A stretch of DNA of 64,000 bases from Candidatus Terrybacteria bacterium RIFCSPHIGHO2_01_FULL_43_35 (GCA_001822815.1 MHSR01000013.1:18808-82807), one strand, 5' to 3'. Shown: positions 1-10,098, counted from the first letter of the stretch. A program made the numbers and translations. Notes: generated by a model not told the origin, from the sequence alone.

Positions 1-511
1 AGTTGATTTGAAATTCACCGCCACCATGGAAGAAGATTTGGATAAGATAGCCGGAGGCAAGATGGCCTGGGTGCCGGTAATCAAGGAATTTTACGACCCG
101 TTTTCAAAACACCTGGCTGAAAAATACGAGACGGTTGAGAAAAAAGAATTGGTTACGGAAACTACGGACGAAATATGTGAAAAATGCGGCAAGCCTATGA
201 TCATCCGTTTCGGCAGGTTCGGAAAATTCATGGCTTGCTCCGGTTTTCCTGAATGTCGCAATACCAAAACGCTTAAGAAAGGATTGGGCGTTTCGTGCCC
301 ATCATGTCTCAAAGGAGAAATTATTGAACGCAAAAGCAAGCGCGGAAGATTCTTTTATGGATGTTCCAGCTATCCAGACTGCACTTTTGCCTTGTGGGAA
401 AAACCAACCGGAGAAAAGTGTCCTACCTGCGGCTCGCTTTTGGTACAGAATAAATCGGGAAAAAGATGTTCCAATAAAGAGTGTCTGAATGCTAAAGGTT
501 TGGAGAAGTAA
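1..511 (+). CDS. topA: DNA topoisomerase I, C-terminal part (5'-truncated by window edge)
   Basis: FTAxMEExLDxI motif followed by repeated C4 zinc ribbons (CEKCG...GRFGKFMACSGFPEC, CPSC...FYGCSSYPDC). Confidence 0.93.
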   Translation, partial: VDLKFTATMEEDLDKIAGGKMAWVPVIKEFYDPFSKHLAEKYETVEKKELVTETTDEICEKCGKPMIIRFGRFGKFMACSGFPECRNTKTLKKGLGVSCPSCLKGEIIERKSKRGRFFYGCSSYPDCTFALWEKPTGEKCPTCGSLLVQNKSGKRCSNKECLNAKGLEK

Positions 512-640
512 AGCAGGAATGGACCACACAAGCGCAGTCCGTACAAGTGGGATCCGTCCCCACTAAACATGTACTACGATAGTGGTTAGCTTTTAGTTAA
601 AAGAAAAGCCTCATCATAAGATGAGGATATTATTAATCAT

Positions 641-733
641 TCATTGCGGCTGAAATAAACGCCATAAAACGAATAAACACAGTAACAAGAGAATAACTGC
701 AACAGCAAGAAAGACGGTTGCAACCAATATCAT
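641..733 (-). CDS. small 30-aa single-pass membrane protein (MILVATVFLAVAVILLLLCLFVLWRLFQPQ)
   Basis: AAGGAG SD 6 nt before ATG at 733; one hydrophobic helix; hairpin CCTCATC-ATAA-GATGAGG just downstream. The longer 89-aa ORF call overlaps rel. Confidence 0.55.
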   Translation of the reverse strand: MILVATVFLAVAVILLLLCLFVLWRLFQPQ

Positions 734-854
734 TTCTATCTCCTTTAAAAGAGCTTGTCGAGTAGTAGGGCATAGCAAACTACCCGATTGCGGCGGATAG
801 CGTCTGCTATCCGCCTTGTTTGTTGTCTTAGTGTATAGCATAATCCCATATATA

Positions 855-2558
855 ATGTCCAGAGCTGATTTAGAAAAATTAATAACAACCGTCCAACAAA
901 ATAACCCCAATGCCGATGTCGGGTTAATTGAACGCGCCTATACATTTGCCGAAACGGCGCATAGCGAACAGACGCGCTCTTCCGGCGATCCCTACATAAT
1001 CCATCCGGTGGCCGCGGCGCAAACATTGGCGGAAATGAAACTGGACGATTCAACTATTGCCGCAGCGCTCTTGCACGACGTGGTTGATGACACGCCTTTC
1101 ACTGTTGAAGACATCAAAAATGAATTCGGCGAAGAAATAGCTTTTTTGGTTGACGGCGTGACCAAACTGGGCAAAATAAAATACCGAGGTGAGGAACGGC
1201 ATGTTGAAAATCTACGCAAGATGTTTTTGGCCATGGCGCAAGATATAAGAGTGGTTTTGATAAAACTTGCTGATCGCATGCACAATATGGAGACCCTCTC
1301 GGCCCTGCCAGAACAAAAGCAATACCGCATAGCGCTTGAAACTTTGGAGGTTTACGCACCGCTGGCTTCGCGCCTTGGTATGGGCGAACTCAAAAGCCGC
1401 CTTGACGATCTAGCATTCCCTTATGTGTACCCCGAAGAATACAAACTCCTGCTCAGTAAGATAGGCGATCTTTATGAAAAACGCGAGGCTTATCTGGAAA
1501 AAGTGAAGCCTATTCTTTACGCCATACTTGATAAAGAAAATGTCCATCCCCTAGCCGTGCATGCCAGAGCCAAACATTACTATAGTCTGTGGCAAAAAAT
1601 GCATAGGCTGAATATGGAGATAGACAAAATATATGATTTGGTTGCCTTAAGGATAATAGTAAAAGATATCCCTGCCTGCTATGAAACCCTGGGCATAATC
1701 CACAAATATTGGAAGCCATTGCCTGGAAGAATTAAGGACTATATCGCTCTGCCCAAGCCAAACGGTTATCGCTCCCTGCACACCACGGTATTTTGTGAGG
1801 ATGGAGTAATAACCGAACTGCAAATACGAACACAGGAAATGCACCAAGAAGCGGAATACGGCATCGTCGCGCACTGGAATTATGAGGAAGAGGGCAAACC
1901 CGATCATGGTTCAATAACCTCAAGAAAACTGCGCTGGGTCAAACAGCTATCCGAATGGCAGCATGAAACGCAAGGAACGGATGAATTTCTGGACGCGTTA
2001 AAAATAGATTTTTTCCGCGAAAGGATTTTTGTCTTCACGCCCAAAGGCGATGTCATTGAACTACCCGAGGGCGCAACGCCCTTAGATTTTGCCTTTGCCA
2101 TACATTCACAGATCGGTGAGCAGGCTTCCGGCGCCAGAATTAACGATAAATTCGTGGGACTTGATACTCCGCTCCGCAACGGCGACGTAGTTGAAATCAT
2201 CGTCCAGAAAGGTAAAAAACCTTCGCAACAATTAATGGAGGTTGCCAAAACAACTGCGGCGCGCTCGCATTTGCGCAAATCTTTGCGTTCACAAGGTATT
2301 GAATTAGCGCCTAAAAAAGAGCCGGTGCGTGTAGAGATGATCTTGGGCGTAGAAAACCGCGTGGGCCTACTTAAAGACGTAACCGCAACCTTAGCTAAAT
2401 TCGGCGTAAATATAATAAAAATTGAAGGGTCGGAAAAGAAAAATTTAGCCGAAATAAATATTGTAGCCAATATATCCTCAAAACAAGACTTGCCGCGTAT
2501 AATCGTGCGGCTCAAGAAAATAAACGGCGTAGCTGATATTAAATCGCGATTCGTATAA
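855..2558 (+). CDS. rel: bifunctional (p)ppGpp synthetase/hydrolase (long RSH)
   Basis: HD domain (LLHDVVDDT, KLADRMHN), synthetase with RxKD (GRIKDY), YRSLHT and ELQIRT, TGS and C-terminal ACT; first ATG at 855. Confidence 0.95.
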   Translation: MSRADLEKLITTVQQNNPNADVGLIERAYTFAETAHSEQTRSSGDPYIIHPVAAAQTLAEMKLDDSTIAAALLHDVVDDTPFTVEDIKNEFGEEIAFLVDGVTKLGKIKYRGEERHVENLRKMFLAMAQDIRVVLIKLADRMHNMETLSALPEQKQYRIALETLEVYAPLASRLGMGELKSRLDDLAFPYVYPEEYKLLLSKIGDLYEKREAYLEKVKPILYAILDKENVHPLAVHARAKHYYSLWQKMHRLNMEIDKIYDLVALRIIVKDIPACYETLGIIHKYWKPLPGRIKDYIALPKPNGYRSLHTTVFCEDGVITELQIRTQEMHQEAEYGIVAHWNYEEEGKPDHGSITSRKLRWVKQLSEWQHETQGTDEFLDALKIDFFRERIFVFTPKGDVIELPEGATPLDFAFAIHSQIGEQASGARINDKFVGLDTPLRNGDVVEIIVQKGKKPSQQLMEVAKTTAARSHLRKSLRSQGIELAPKKEPVRVEMILGVENRVGLLKDVTATLAKFGVNIIKIEGSEKKNLAEINIVANISSKQDLPRIIVRLKKINGVADIKSRFV

Positions 2559-2614
2559 TCCAAAGCCAAGAAAAAACAGCCCTTTAAATCAGGACTGTTA
2601 TGCTTTATTGTATT

Positions 2615-3433
2615 CTAAGTCATTTCCCAGATCTTCTCTTCTGTTTTAGCAAGCGCTAGATTGAGTTGAGCAACATCAGTGGGATGAAAACCCTCCCTAA
2701 TCTCAGAGCCAGTAACCCATTTTGGATGATATTTGATAGCCACTCGTTCTTCGTAAACGATCTTACCTTTGCTGTTGTAGACTTGAATCAACCACTCCAG
2801 CGGTTCAAACCCGCTTATAGGTGAAAACACTTTAATTTTGAAATTGCTTACTTGCTTTTCGCTGTAAGGAAAAACTGGGTTCTTCCTATTACGGCGCGCG
2901 TCGTGGGGTATAAGAATTCCAGCCCATGAGGCTCCGGTGCCGGTGCCCGAAGCAAGTTTGCCTTCGCATTCAAGCATATTAACAGCGGTCCATACATGTT
3001 CCATATCTGCGCCAAATTCCATTGCGTTTTCTAGAATGGCGGATACAAGTGTGCCTGGAAGGTAGTTTGTATTACCGCCCAACCACTCATTGTTCTGTGA
3101 TCGCGTGAACAGTTCAAATACGGCATTCTTGAATGCATCGCTGATATAAGGAAACTTGCTTTCATGACTATCCAAATCGTGTTTTCCAGCAAGCTCTTGG
3201 CTGATTTCGTATCGCCGCAAAAACATTGCGGCGTTTATATATTTACAATCCCAACCATGCCAGGGATCAAATTCCCCGGATTGTTTATTTAGACCGCATT
3301 CGCACGCAACCATATATTCAACATAATCGATTTTTGCCGTCGTCTTAACCCAGACCACTTCGTGTCCATCAATAATAATCTTACTGATAACTTCAACTTT
3401 GTAATAGTCGTTTTCGTATGCATCCGGTAGCAT
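2615..3433 (-). CDS. hypothetical protein with SWIM-like CxC..Cx motif
   Basis: 272-aa ORF, AGGAG SD, own TTGACA-17-TAAGCT promoter (3496-3468); VACECG...WDCKYI. Confidence 0.7.
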   Translation of the reverse strand: MLPDAYENDYYKVEVISKIIIDGHEVVWVKTTAKIDYVEYMVACECGLNKQSGEFDPWHGWDCKYINAAMFLRRYEISQELAGKHDLDSHESKFPYISDAFKNAVFELFTRSQNNEWLGGNTNYLPGTLVSAILENAMEFGADMEHVWTAVNMLECEGKLASGTGTGASWAGILIPHDARRNRKNPVFPYSEKQVSNFKIKVFSPISGFEPLEWLIQVYNSKGKIVYEERVAIKYHPKWVTGSEIREGFHPTDVAQLNLALAKTEEKIWEMT

Positions 3434-3529
3434 ACAACAACTCCTTTTTGTAAAAGTTCTAATTTATAGCTTAAATGAATGGAGTTTGGATGTCAAAAAT
3501 GAAAAATCCCGCTTTCGCAGGATTAATTT

Positions 3530-4411
3530 TTATCCAAGAAGCGTTTTTAGCACCCTATCCATTTCTTCTTTACTGCTGAAACTTATTGATATAGAGCCAC
3601 GTTTGCCGTTTTTTAATATGCGCACCGGAACGCCAAGTTTAGCTTTAATTTTATCTTCCAACTCCCCTCTTTGCGCACTGGCTTCACGTTGCGGGATCCT
3701 GCGGATACGCGATATCAACAGTCGCGCTGTTTCTTCTGCGCCGCGCACAGATAATTTTTCTTTCTGGATTTTTGAGAAAAGAAGTCTTTGAGCCTTTTCG
3801 GTTTTCAATGCCAGAATAGCCCGTGCGTGCCCCTCGCTTATGGCACCGCGAGAAATACCTTCCTGAATAAGCGAAGGCAGGCTCAATAAACGCAAGGTGT
3901 TGGTGACAAATTCGCGGCTTTTGCCCACGCGCGCGGCGATTTCTTCATGCGTAAGTTTAAAATCTCCAAGGAGCCGCTTAAAGGCCATGGCCCGTTCAAG
4001 CGCATTTAAATTTTCTCGTTGAACATTCTCTATTAAAGATAAGAGTAGGTTGTGATGTTCGCTTTTTGTCTCTCTGATGATAACCGGCACGCGCGGCAGA
4101 CCGGCTATTTTTGCTGCGCGCCAGCGCCTTTCACCGGCAATAATCTCATACACAACATTGGCGCCTCTTTCTGAAGTTTTTTCCTTTTTATGGACAACCA
4201 AAGGCAGTAAAACGCCGTGTTCTCTTATTGATGAAGCCAGTTCGTACAAGGCATCTTTATCAAATTCACGTCTGGGCTGATTTGGATTTGGCTGAATGTC
4301 CTTAATATCCAGCAAATAAAGAATCTCTTGGTTTTTACCAGATTTTTTAGATACCTTTTTGTTTTCTTTTCTGGCCGGAATCAGCGATTCAAGGCCTTTA
4401 CCTGATTTCAT
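3530..4411 (-). CDS. parB: ParB/Spo0J partition protein
   Basis: GKGLESLI, PNPNQPRR, IIAGERRWRA, IENVQRENLN, HTH. Confidence 0.95.
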   Translation of the reverse strand: MKSGKGLESLIPARKENKKVSKKSGKNQEILYLLDIKDIQPNPNQPRREFDKDALYELASSIREHGVLLPLVVHKKEKTSERGANVVYEIIAGERRWRAAKIAGLPRVPVIIRETKSEHHNLLLSLIENVQRENLNALERAMAFKRLLGDFKLTHEEIAARVGKSREFVTNTLRLLSLPSLIQEGISRGAISEGHARAILALKTEKAQRLLFSKIQKEKLSVRGAEETARLLISRIRRIPQREASAQRGELEDKIKAKLGVPVRILKNGKRGSISISFSSKEEMDRVLKTLLG

Positions 4412-4418
4412 TTTGATT

Positions 4419-5237
4419 TTATTCTTCGCTAATATCCTCTTCCAAATCCTTTTCTTCGTTGTCGTTTAAAATGCCTCCATGAATGTTCAATATTTCCTGC
4501 GCAAGTTGTTTGTAGGCAGTCGCGCCTGGTGAGTCGGGGGCCGCGTGGTATATTGTTTGTCCTCGTCCTGGCGCATCTGCCAATGCCACGCTTCGTGGAA
4601 TCACGGTATCAAAAACTCTGCCTTCAAAAGAGCGCCGCAGATCCTTAGCGATATTTCGCGCCGAAACATTCCTCCTATCATACAATGTTATCAGCGCGCC
4701 CAGAATATCTAACTTTGTTCCGATGTTGTCACGTATAAGATTTATGGTGTCTTGAAGCTGATTTAAACCCTGTATGGAAAAGAATTCGCACTGAACTGGG
4801 ATCAAGACTTCATCTGCGGCTACCAAACCGTTTATAGTAAGCAAACCCAAACTCGGCGGACAGTCTATAATTATGTAATCGTAGTCGGCCGCAAGATTAT
4901 GAAGCAGGTTTTTAAGCTTAAATTCCCTCTCGGGCAAATCAACCAATTCAACGGTTGCGCCAGCGAGGTCAGGCGCGGCAGGAAGAAGGTCGTAACCGAA
5001 AAATCCTGCTGAGCGCATAACATCCCGGGCAGGAACCTTTTCAAAAAGGGCATGATATATATGAACGGCTAAATTTTCCGGTTTGATTCCCACCCCTCCG
5101 GTTGCGTTACCTTGCGGGTCAAGATCAGCAAGTAGAACTTTCTTGCCCAATACCGCAAGATAAATACCGAGATTCATCGCTGTTGTGGTCTTGCCGGTGC
5201 CGCCTTTTTGATTTGCTATAGCAATAATTTTAGCCAC
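4419..5237 (-). CDS. parA: ParA/Soj ATPase
   Basis: NQKGGTGKTT deviant Walker A, DLDPQGNAT, IIIDCPPSLG. Confidence 0.96.
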   Translation of the reverse strand: MAKIIAIANQKGGTGKTTTAMNLGIYLAVLGKKVLLADLDPQGNATGGVGIKPENLAVHIYHALFEKVPARDVMRSAGFFGYDLLPAAPDLAGATVELVDLPEREFKLKNLLHNLAADYDYIIIDCPPSLGLLTINGLVAADEVLIPVQCEFFSIQGLNQLQDTINLIRDNIGTKLDILGALITLYDRRNVSARNIAKDLRRSFEGRVFDTVIPRSVALADAPGRGQTIYHAAPDSPGATAYKQLAQEILNIHGGILNDNEEKDLEEDISEE

Positions 5238-5344
5238 AAATCCAAATTAACACGAGCGTTTGGGCTTGGCAACGAACAAAAAAGGCTATATTATTTTTGT
5301 GGGCATGCGGCAGAACAGTATATTTGCCCTCACTCATCAATTTT

Positions 5345-5425
5345 GCCGAAGTGGCGGAATGGCAGACGCGCACGACTCAAAATCGTGTGAGGAAACTCAT
5401 GAGGGTTCGACTCCCTCCTTCGGCA
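5345..5425 (+). tRNA. tRNA-Leu(CAA)
   Basis: GCCGAAG/CTTCGGC acceptor, CACGA-CTCAAAA-TCGTG anticodon arm, long variable arm, GGTTCGACTCC T arm; CCA not encoded. Confidence 0.95.
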
Positions 5426-5494
5426 CAAACGCAAAATTTAGTGCTGGGGCGCGCACCGACTTCTAGCACCAGAATGAATTCGGTGCGGTACAGG

Positions 5495-5542
5495 CAAAAT
5501 CGTGTGGAGAAATCCATGAGAGTTTGACTCTCTCCTCGCTCA
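5495..5542 (+). pseudogene. 3' half of a second, different tRNA-Leu(CAA)
   Basis: CAAAATCGTG-TGGAGAAATCCA-T-GAGAG-TTTGACT-CTCTC-CTCGCTC-A; T loop mutated (TTT instead of TTC); a degenerate 5' half lies at 5301-5323. Confidence 0.8.
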
Positions 5543-5610
5543 CATAGCATAAAAAGCAAAAATCCCGCAAACTACGGGATTTTTGACTTGTTTCTAGAAA
5601 CAAAGGATAT

Positions 5611-5883
5611 CTATTTAACCGCGTCCTTCAAAGCTTTCCCGGCTGAAAATCGAGGCACTTTGGTAGCTGGGATCTGTACTGCGGCGCCAGTCTTTGGGTT
5701 GCGTCCGGTGCGGGCCTTTCTGTGCGCAACTTTGAATTTACCGAATCCAGAAACGGCTACATCCTCGCCGCTACTCAAAGATTTAGTGATGGTGTCAAAA
5801 ACGCCATCAACAACTCGTCCTGCTTCAGCACGAGAGCCGCCAAGCATTTTTTGTACTGCCTCAACGATTCCGTCTTTTGTCAT
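5611..5883 (-). CDS. hup: histone-like DNA-binding protein HU
   Basis: MTKDGIV...GFGKF...RKARTGRNPKTG...PRFSAGKALKDAV; SD AAGGAGGTG before ATG 5883. Confidence 0.95.
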   Translation of the reverse strand: MTKDGIVEAVQKMLGGSRAEAGRVVDGVFDTITKSLSSGEDVAVSGFGKFKVAHRKARTGRNPKTGAAVQIPATKVPRFSAGKALKDAVK

Positions 5884-6008
5884 ATATTTCACCTCCTTTG
5901 AAAAACCTTGGAAAAGGCTTATTTTTTCTTGTTCTATTGTACCAATTCGCTCCAAATGAGCCAAAAACGTTGTCCACAGGGCTATTTTTAAACTTTCTTT
6001 AAAAAATT

Positions 6009-6183
6009 AAGTGGGTTTTGGGGTTGGGCGACTTAGCGAAAGCATTTGTCTGCAAAACGTAATTAAGCGCACAAGTGAAAACGAGGAAAAGGCTTATATT
6101 TATTGGCCGTTACGTGTTTTCACGCAGTGCGAAATGCGTTTTGCCAAGTGCTGAAGCGTCAAGCGAAACCCAAAAATTCACTT
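6009..6183. repeat. long imperfect palindromic element directly after the rny stop codon
   Basis: Ends AAGTGGGTTTTGGGGTT / AACCCAAAAATTCACTT; shares TTTTGG(G)TTG.GCG...GCGTYAAGCGAAACC(C)AAAA with 25283-25468. Confidence 0.7.
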
Positions 6184-7713
6184 CTACTTTGCGTACTCTA
6201 TCGCCCTGGTTTCCCGTATAACATTCACCTTTATTTCACCGGGGTACTTTAAGGTCGCTTCAATCTGATCGGCTATTGATCGCGCCAATTTCTGAGCCGC
6301 CCAATCATCAATATCTTTGGGCGTAACAAAAACGCGCAACTCTCTGCCAGCTTGAATGGCAAAAGATTTCTCAACTCCTGGGAATTCGTTGGCGATGCGT
6401 TCAAGATCCTCAAGGCGCTTGATATAATTCTCAACAGTGTCGCGGCGGGCTCCTGGTCGTGCGGCCGAAATACCTTCGGCAACTTTAACGATAATGGATT
6501 CTGGGTTTTCAAATGGATATTCTTCGTGATGCGACTGCATAGCTTTAATTACCTCTTCATCTACGCCGAACCGGGCCAATAGCTTACGACCTATTTCAAC
6601 ATGCGTGCCTTCTACTTCATGATCAATAGACTTACCGATGTCGTGAAACAGGGCTCCTTTTTTAGCCACGCCAACACTAGCACCGACTTCGGCGGCAATC
6701 ATGCCGGCAACATGCGCGGCTTCAATTGAATGCAAAAGGACGTTTTGACCGTAACTTGTCCTGAATTTCAAGCGGCCCAGTAAATAAATCAACCGCGGAT
6801 CAATGCCGATAATGCCCACGTCTGTTACTGCGGCTTCACCGGCACGTCTGATTTCAGCTTCAATCTGCGATTTGGCCTGTTCTACAACCTCTTCGATACG
6901 CGCAGGCTGAATACGGCCGTCGGAAATCAATTTTTCTAAAGCTATTTTTGCCACCTGACGCCTTATGGGATCAAACCCTGAAATAACGATTGCTCCGGGA
7001 GAATCGTCAACCAAAACCTCACAACCCGTGGCTCGCTCCAGAGCCTTGATATTCCTTCCTTCTTTGCCGATGATACGGCCTTTTAAATCTTCGTTTGGTA
7101 AAGCCACAACGCTTGTAGTCACATCGGAAGAATGCGACCCGGCATAGCGCTGAAGGGCCGTAACTATTATGTCGCGCGCGCGCTCGGCAAAACGTTCTTC
7201 GCCTTCAGCGATTATTTTCTGAGTTCTCCGTGCCAAATCATCACTGATACTGGTCTCAATGCGATTAAAAAGTTCGGCTCTTGCTTCATCAAGCGATAGA
7301 CCGGCAATTGTTGCAAGTCTTTTTATTTCTTCTTCTTTCAACTGTTCAAGTTCCGCGCGCAAGCCAGAAACGCGCTCGGCTTTTTGGGTCAAAGCTTCTT
7401 CCTCGTGGGCTAACTTTACCGCTCGCTCATCAAGCTTTTGTTCTATGCGCTGAATGCGCTCTTCGGCCGCACTTAAACTGCGTTCGCGCTCGCGCGCCTC
7501 GCTCTTAGCCTCGGAAATGAGCTTGACGGATTTATCTTGCGATTCGAGAAGCGACTTATTGGCCTCTTCCTTTGCTGCATTGATTATCCGCTTGGCTTCG
7601 GATTCAGCCGAAGACACTTGCTGAAGAGCCAAGTATCTACGGAGTATGAAGCCTATTGTGGCCCCAAGAATGATGAGTACTAAACCAAAAATCGTCTGTA
7701 CATAAGACGCCAT
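6184..7713 (-). CDS. rny: ribonuclease Y
   Basis: N-terminal TM helix, coiled coil, KH (KGRIIGKEGRNI), HD (FHDIGK), YPGEIKVNVIRETRA end. Confidence 0.97.
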   Translation of the reverse strand: MASYVQTIFGLVLIILGATIGFILRRYLALQQVSSAESEAKRIINAAKEEANKSLLESQDKSVKLISEAKSEARERERSLSAAEERIQRIEQKLDERAVKLAHEEEALTQKAERVSGLRAELEQLKEEEIKRLATIAGLSLDEARAELFNRIETSISDDLARRTQKIIAEGEERFAERARDIIVTALQRYAGSHSSDVTTSVVALPNEDLKGRIIGKEGRNIKALERATGCEVLVDDSPGAIVISGFDPIRRQVAKIALEKLISDGRIQPARIEEVVEQAKSQIEAEIRRAGEAAVTDVGIIGIDPRLIYLLGRLKFRTSYGQNVLLHSIEAAHVAGMIAAEVGASVGVAKKGALFHDIGKSIDHEVEGTHVEIGRKLLARFGVDEEVIKAMQSHHEEYPFENPESIIVKVAEGISAARPGARRDTVENYIKRLEDLERIANEFPGVEKSFAIQAGRELRVFVTPKDIDDWAAQKLARSIADQIEATLKYPGEIKVNVIRETRAIEYAK

Positions 7714-7750
7714 AAATTAATATTTGTGTATGCGTTCTCCCAACCATCGC

Positions 7751-7980
7751 TTTTAGACTTTAAGTGCGCGTTGGGCTAAACAAAAATGCGCAATATATTT
7801 TTGTTCAAACCCAGCTCCAGTTTCTTAGAACCCTTTGGCTTATTTTCTTACCGATAAACGTGGTTCTACTAAATAAATCACTAATTTAAAAACTGGGGCT
7901 GGGGAAAGATCAATAAATGGTATATTGCCGCACTCCCTTGGTTTAGCATAACGCGGCAGAAAGCAACACAAGTGCTAAAA
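7751..7980. repeat. nested long hairpin upstream of rny
   Basis: CGCGTTGGGCTAAAC/GTTTAGCATAACGCG and TGCGCAATATA/TATATTGCCGCA arms enclosing CCCAGCTCCAGTTT...AAACTGGGGCTGGG. Confidence 0.7.
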
Positions 7981-8047
7981 AACAAAAACCAGAATACTCG
8001 ATATTCTGATTTTAAGGATACAACGTGTGGGCTTAGTAGTCAATATA

Positions 8048-9883
8048 TTATTCAACTGTCACCGACTTCGCTAAATTACGCGGTTTGTCTACATCGCACC
8101 CTCGCGCTACGGCGGTGTGATAGGCCAAAAGGTGCAGGGGAACGGTGGTCAAAATAGGCGAAAGTGGTTCCAAAACCTTCGGGATGAATATCGCGGTATC
8201 GGCGACTTTCAAAATATGCTCGTCCCCTTCGGTAGCAATGGCCAGAATAGGTCCGCCGCGGGCTTTTATCTCTTCTAGATTAGAAATGGTTTTCTCATAC
8301 ACGGAATCTTGCGGCACTATAGCTATTGTTGGGAAAGAAGAATCTATCAAGGCTATAGGCCCGTGCTTCATTTCCGCGGCGTTATACCCTTCGGCATGAA
8401 GATAGGATACTTCCTTAAGTTTCAAAGCCCCTTCTAAGGCGACTGGGAAATTGTATTTGCGGCCTAGGAAAAATATGTGCTCGGCGTCTTTGAGCCAGTT
8501 AGCCAATTGCGCGAAAAATTGCTCCTGCGCCAATATCTGGTTTATTTTTTCGGGTATGGTTATAAGTTCATTCAGTAGTTCTTTAGCGCGCGATACTTCA
8601 AGATTCCTCATGCGCCCCATGAAAACTGCGAGCATGTTCAAAACAATAAGCTGGGACAAAAAGGCTTTAGTTGAAGCTACGGCAATTTCTGGTCCAGCGT
8701 GGTTATATATTCCGGCATCAGTTTCGCGGGCCACCGATGAACCCACAACATTAACTATGCCCATGGTAAGTACGTTGCGTCTTTTGGCTTCGCGTACTGC
8801 GGCAAGCGTATCTGCGGTTTCGCCGGATTGCGAAACAGCGATTAGAACGGTGTGACTGCGGTCATTTAAAATGGGATTGCGGTATCTAAATTCAGCCGCG
8901 TATTCAACTTCGCATGGAACACCGGCCAACTCTTCAAAAAGATACTCGCCTATCAAAGCGGCGTGATAAGCCGTACCCATGCCGGTAAGAATTATTCGGT
9001 TGGTTTCGGAAAGACGCTTGGCGATATCTTCCAAGCCGCCTAATTTCACTAAGCCCTGATCCGCCATGACGCGTCCGCGCATGGTGTTTTGAATAACTTC
9101 GGGGCCTTCAAAAATTTCTTTGTGCATAAAATGCGGGTGACCTGATTTTTCCGCTTCTTCAAGCGTCCAGGGAATTTCCACCAGACGCTTAACCAAGTCT
9201 TCTCCGCCAAGATCTTTAATACGGAACCCTTCACTGGTTAATGTAGCCATTTCGCCGTCTTCAATAAAGATAACTTTTTTTGTAGCGGCAATAACCGCCG
9301 ATGGATCGGAAGCCAGCAAAGTTTCGCCATCGCCTATTCCTATAAGCAGGGGCGAAGAATTACGCGCGGCAACTATTTTTTGTGGGTCGCCTTCTGAAAT
9401 CACTGCCAGCGCGTATGTACCTCGAACGCGGGCCAAAGCTTGGGCAATAGCATCTTCAAGCGTACCTCGAAACAAACTTTCTATTAAATGCGCCAAAACT
9501 TCGGTATCGGTATCCGAAGAAAACTTATGACCTGAGGCCATAAGTTCATTTTTTATGGGGATATAATTTTCTATTATGCCGTTATGAACAATAAAAATTT
9601 TGCCGGTGCAATCGGTGTGAGGATGCGCATTAATATCATTTGGCACACCGTGCGTCGCCCACCTGGTATGCCCTATCGCTACGGTTCCCAATGGGACGCT
9701 TTTGTTAACTTCGCTTTCAAGTTTGGCTACGCGACCGGCGTTCTTCAGAAATTTTATCGGCTCGCCGATGTTGTGTACCGCGATGCCTGCGGAATCGTAG
9801 CCTCGATATTCGAGCCGTTTCAAACCATCCATTACAATGGGTGTAGCTTGTTTATTACCTATGTAACCAACAATTCCGCACAT
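8048..9883 (-). CDS. glmS: glutamine-fructose-6-phosphate aminotransferase
   Basis: MCGIVG start, LEYRGYDSAG, GHTRWATHG, SQSGETADT, PRNLAKSVTVE end. Confidence 0.98.
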   Translation of the reverse strand: MCGIVGYIGNKQATPIVMDGLKRLEYRGYDSAGIAVHNIGEPIKFLKNAGRVAKLESEVNKSVPLGTVAIGHTRWATHGVPNDINAHPHTDCTGKIFIVHNGIIENYIPIKNELMASGHKFSSDTDTEVLAHLIESLFRGTLEDAIAQALARVRGTYALAVISEGDPQKIVAARNSSPLLIGIGDGETLLASDPSAVIAATKKVIFIEDGEMATLTSEGFRIKDLGGEDLVKRLVEIPWTLEEAEKSGHPHFMHKEIFEGPEVIQNTMRGRVMADQGLVKLGGLEDIAKRLSETNRIILTGMGTAYHAALIGEYLFEELAGVPCEVEYAAEFRYRNPILNDRSHTVLIAVSQSGETADTLAAVREAKRRNVLTMGIVNVVGSSVARETDAGIYNHAGPEIAVASTKAFLSQLIVLNMLAVFMGRMRNLEVSRAKELLNELITIPEKINQILAQEQFFAQLANWLKDAEHIFFLGRKYNFPVALEGALKLKEVSYLHAEGYNAAEMKHGPIALIDSSFPTIAIVPQDSVYEKTISNLEEIKARGGPILAIATEGDEHILKVADTAIFIPKVLEPLSPILTTVPLHLLAYHTAVARGCDVDKPRNLAKSVTVE

Positions 9884-10098
9884 GCTAGTTGTTGCTCCCG
9901 AACCTTGCGAGGGATTGCAACAACTGCATCCCGAGCGCAGCGAGGGAGTACCTTAATGACGCTTGCCCACGAGCCGCGCGAGTGTTCCGACGATACGTCG
10001 GGACTAAAGCGCAACCGATGGATTACCTGTTAATGTTGGTGTTGCCCACACCATGCGTGGATGCAATTTCGTGCATCCCGACGCACGGTAAGGACTAC
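9884..10098 (-). repeat. leader repeat family, three related units forming the glmS 5'UTR
   Basis: Sense-strand units GTA(A/C/G)TCC...GGGATGCA..TTGCA..GGGCAAC; the last ends CAACAACTAGC-ATG; 9963-10011 matches 38770-38818 at 48/49 nt (inverted). Confidence 0.85.

Noticed and set aside
1904-2569. 221-aa antisense ORF and other shadow ORFs over core genes
   Set aside because: Opposite-strand or off-frame overlaps of well-supported genes with no motifs or initiation signals.
5324-5494. group I intron or prophage att site at the tRNA genes
   Set aside because: Insert is ~170 nt, half of it tRNA, with no P7 core; no integrase nearby; the remnant does not match the intact gene.
5970-5978. DnaA box / oriC or parS near parAB
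   Set aside because: Only one mismatched box (TTGTCCACA); no cluster and no TGTTTCACGTGAAACA-like site seen.
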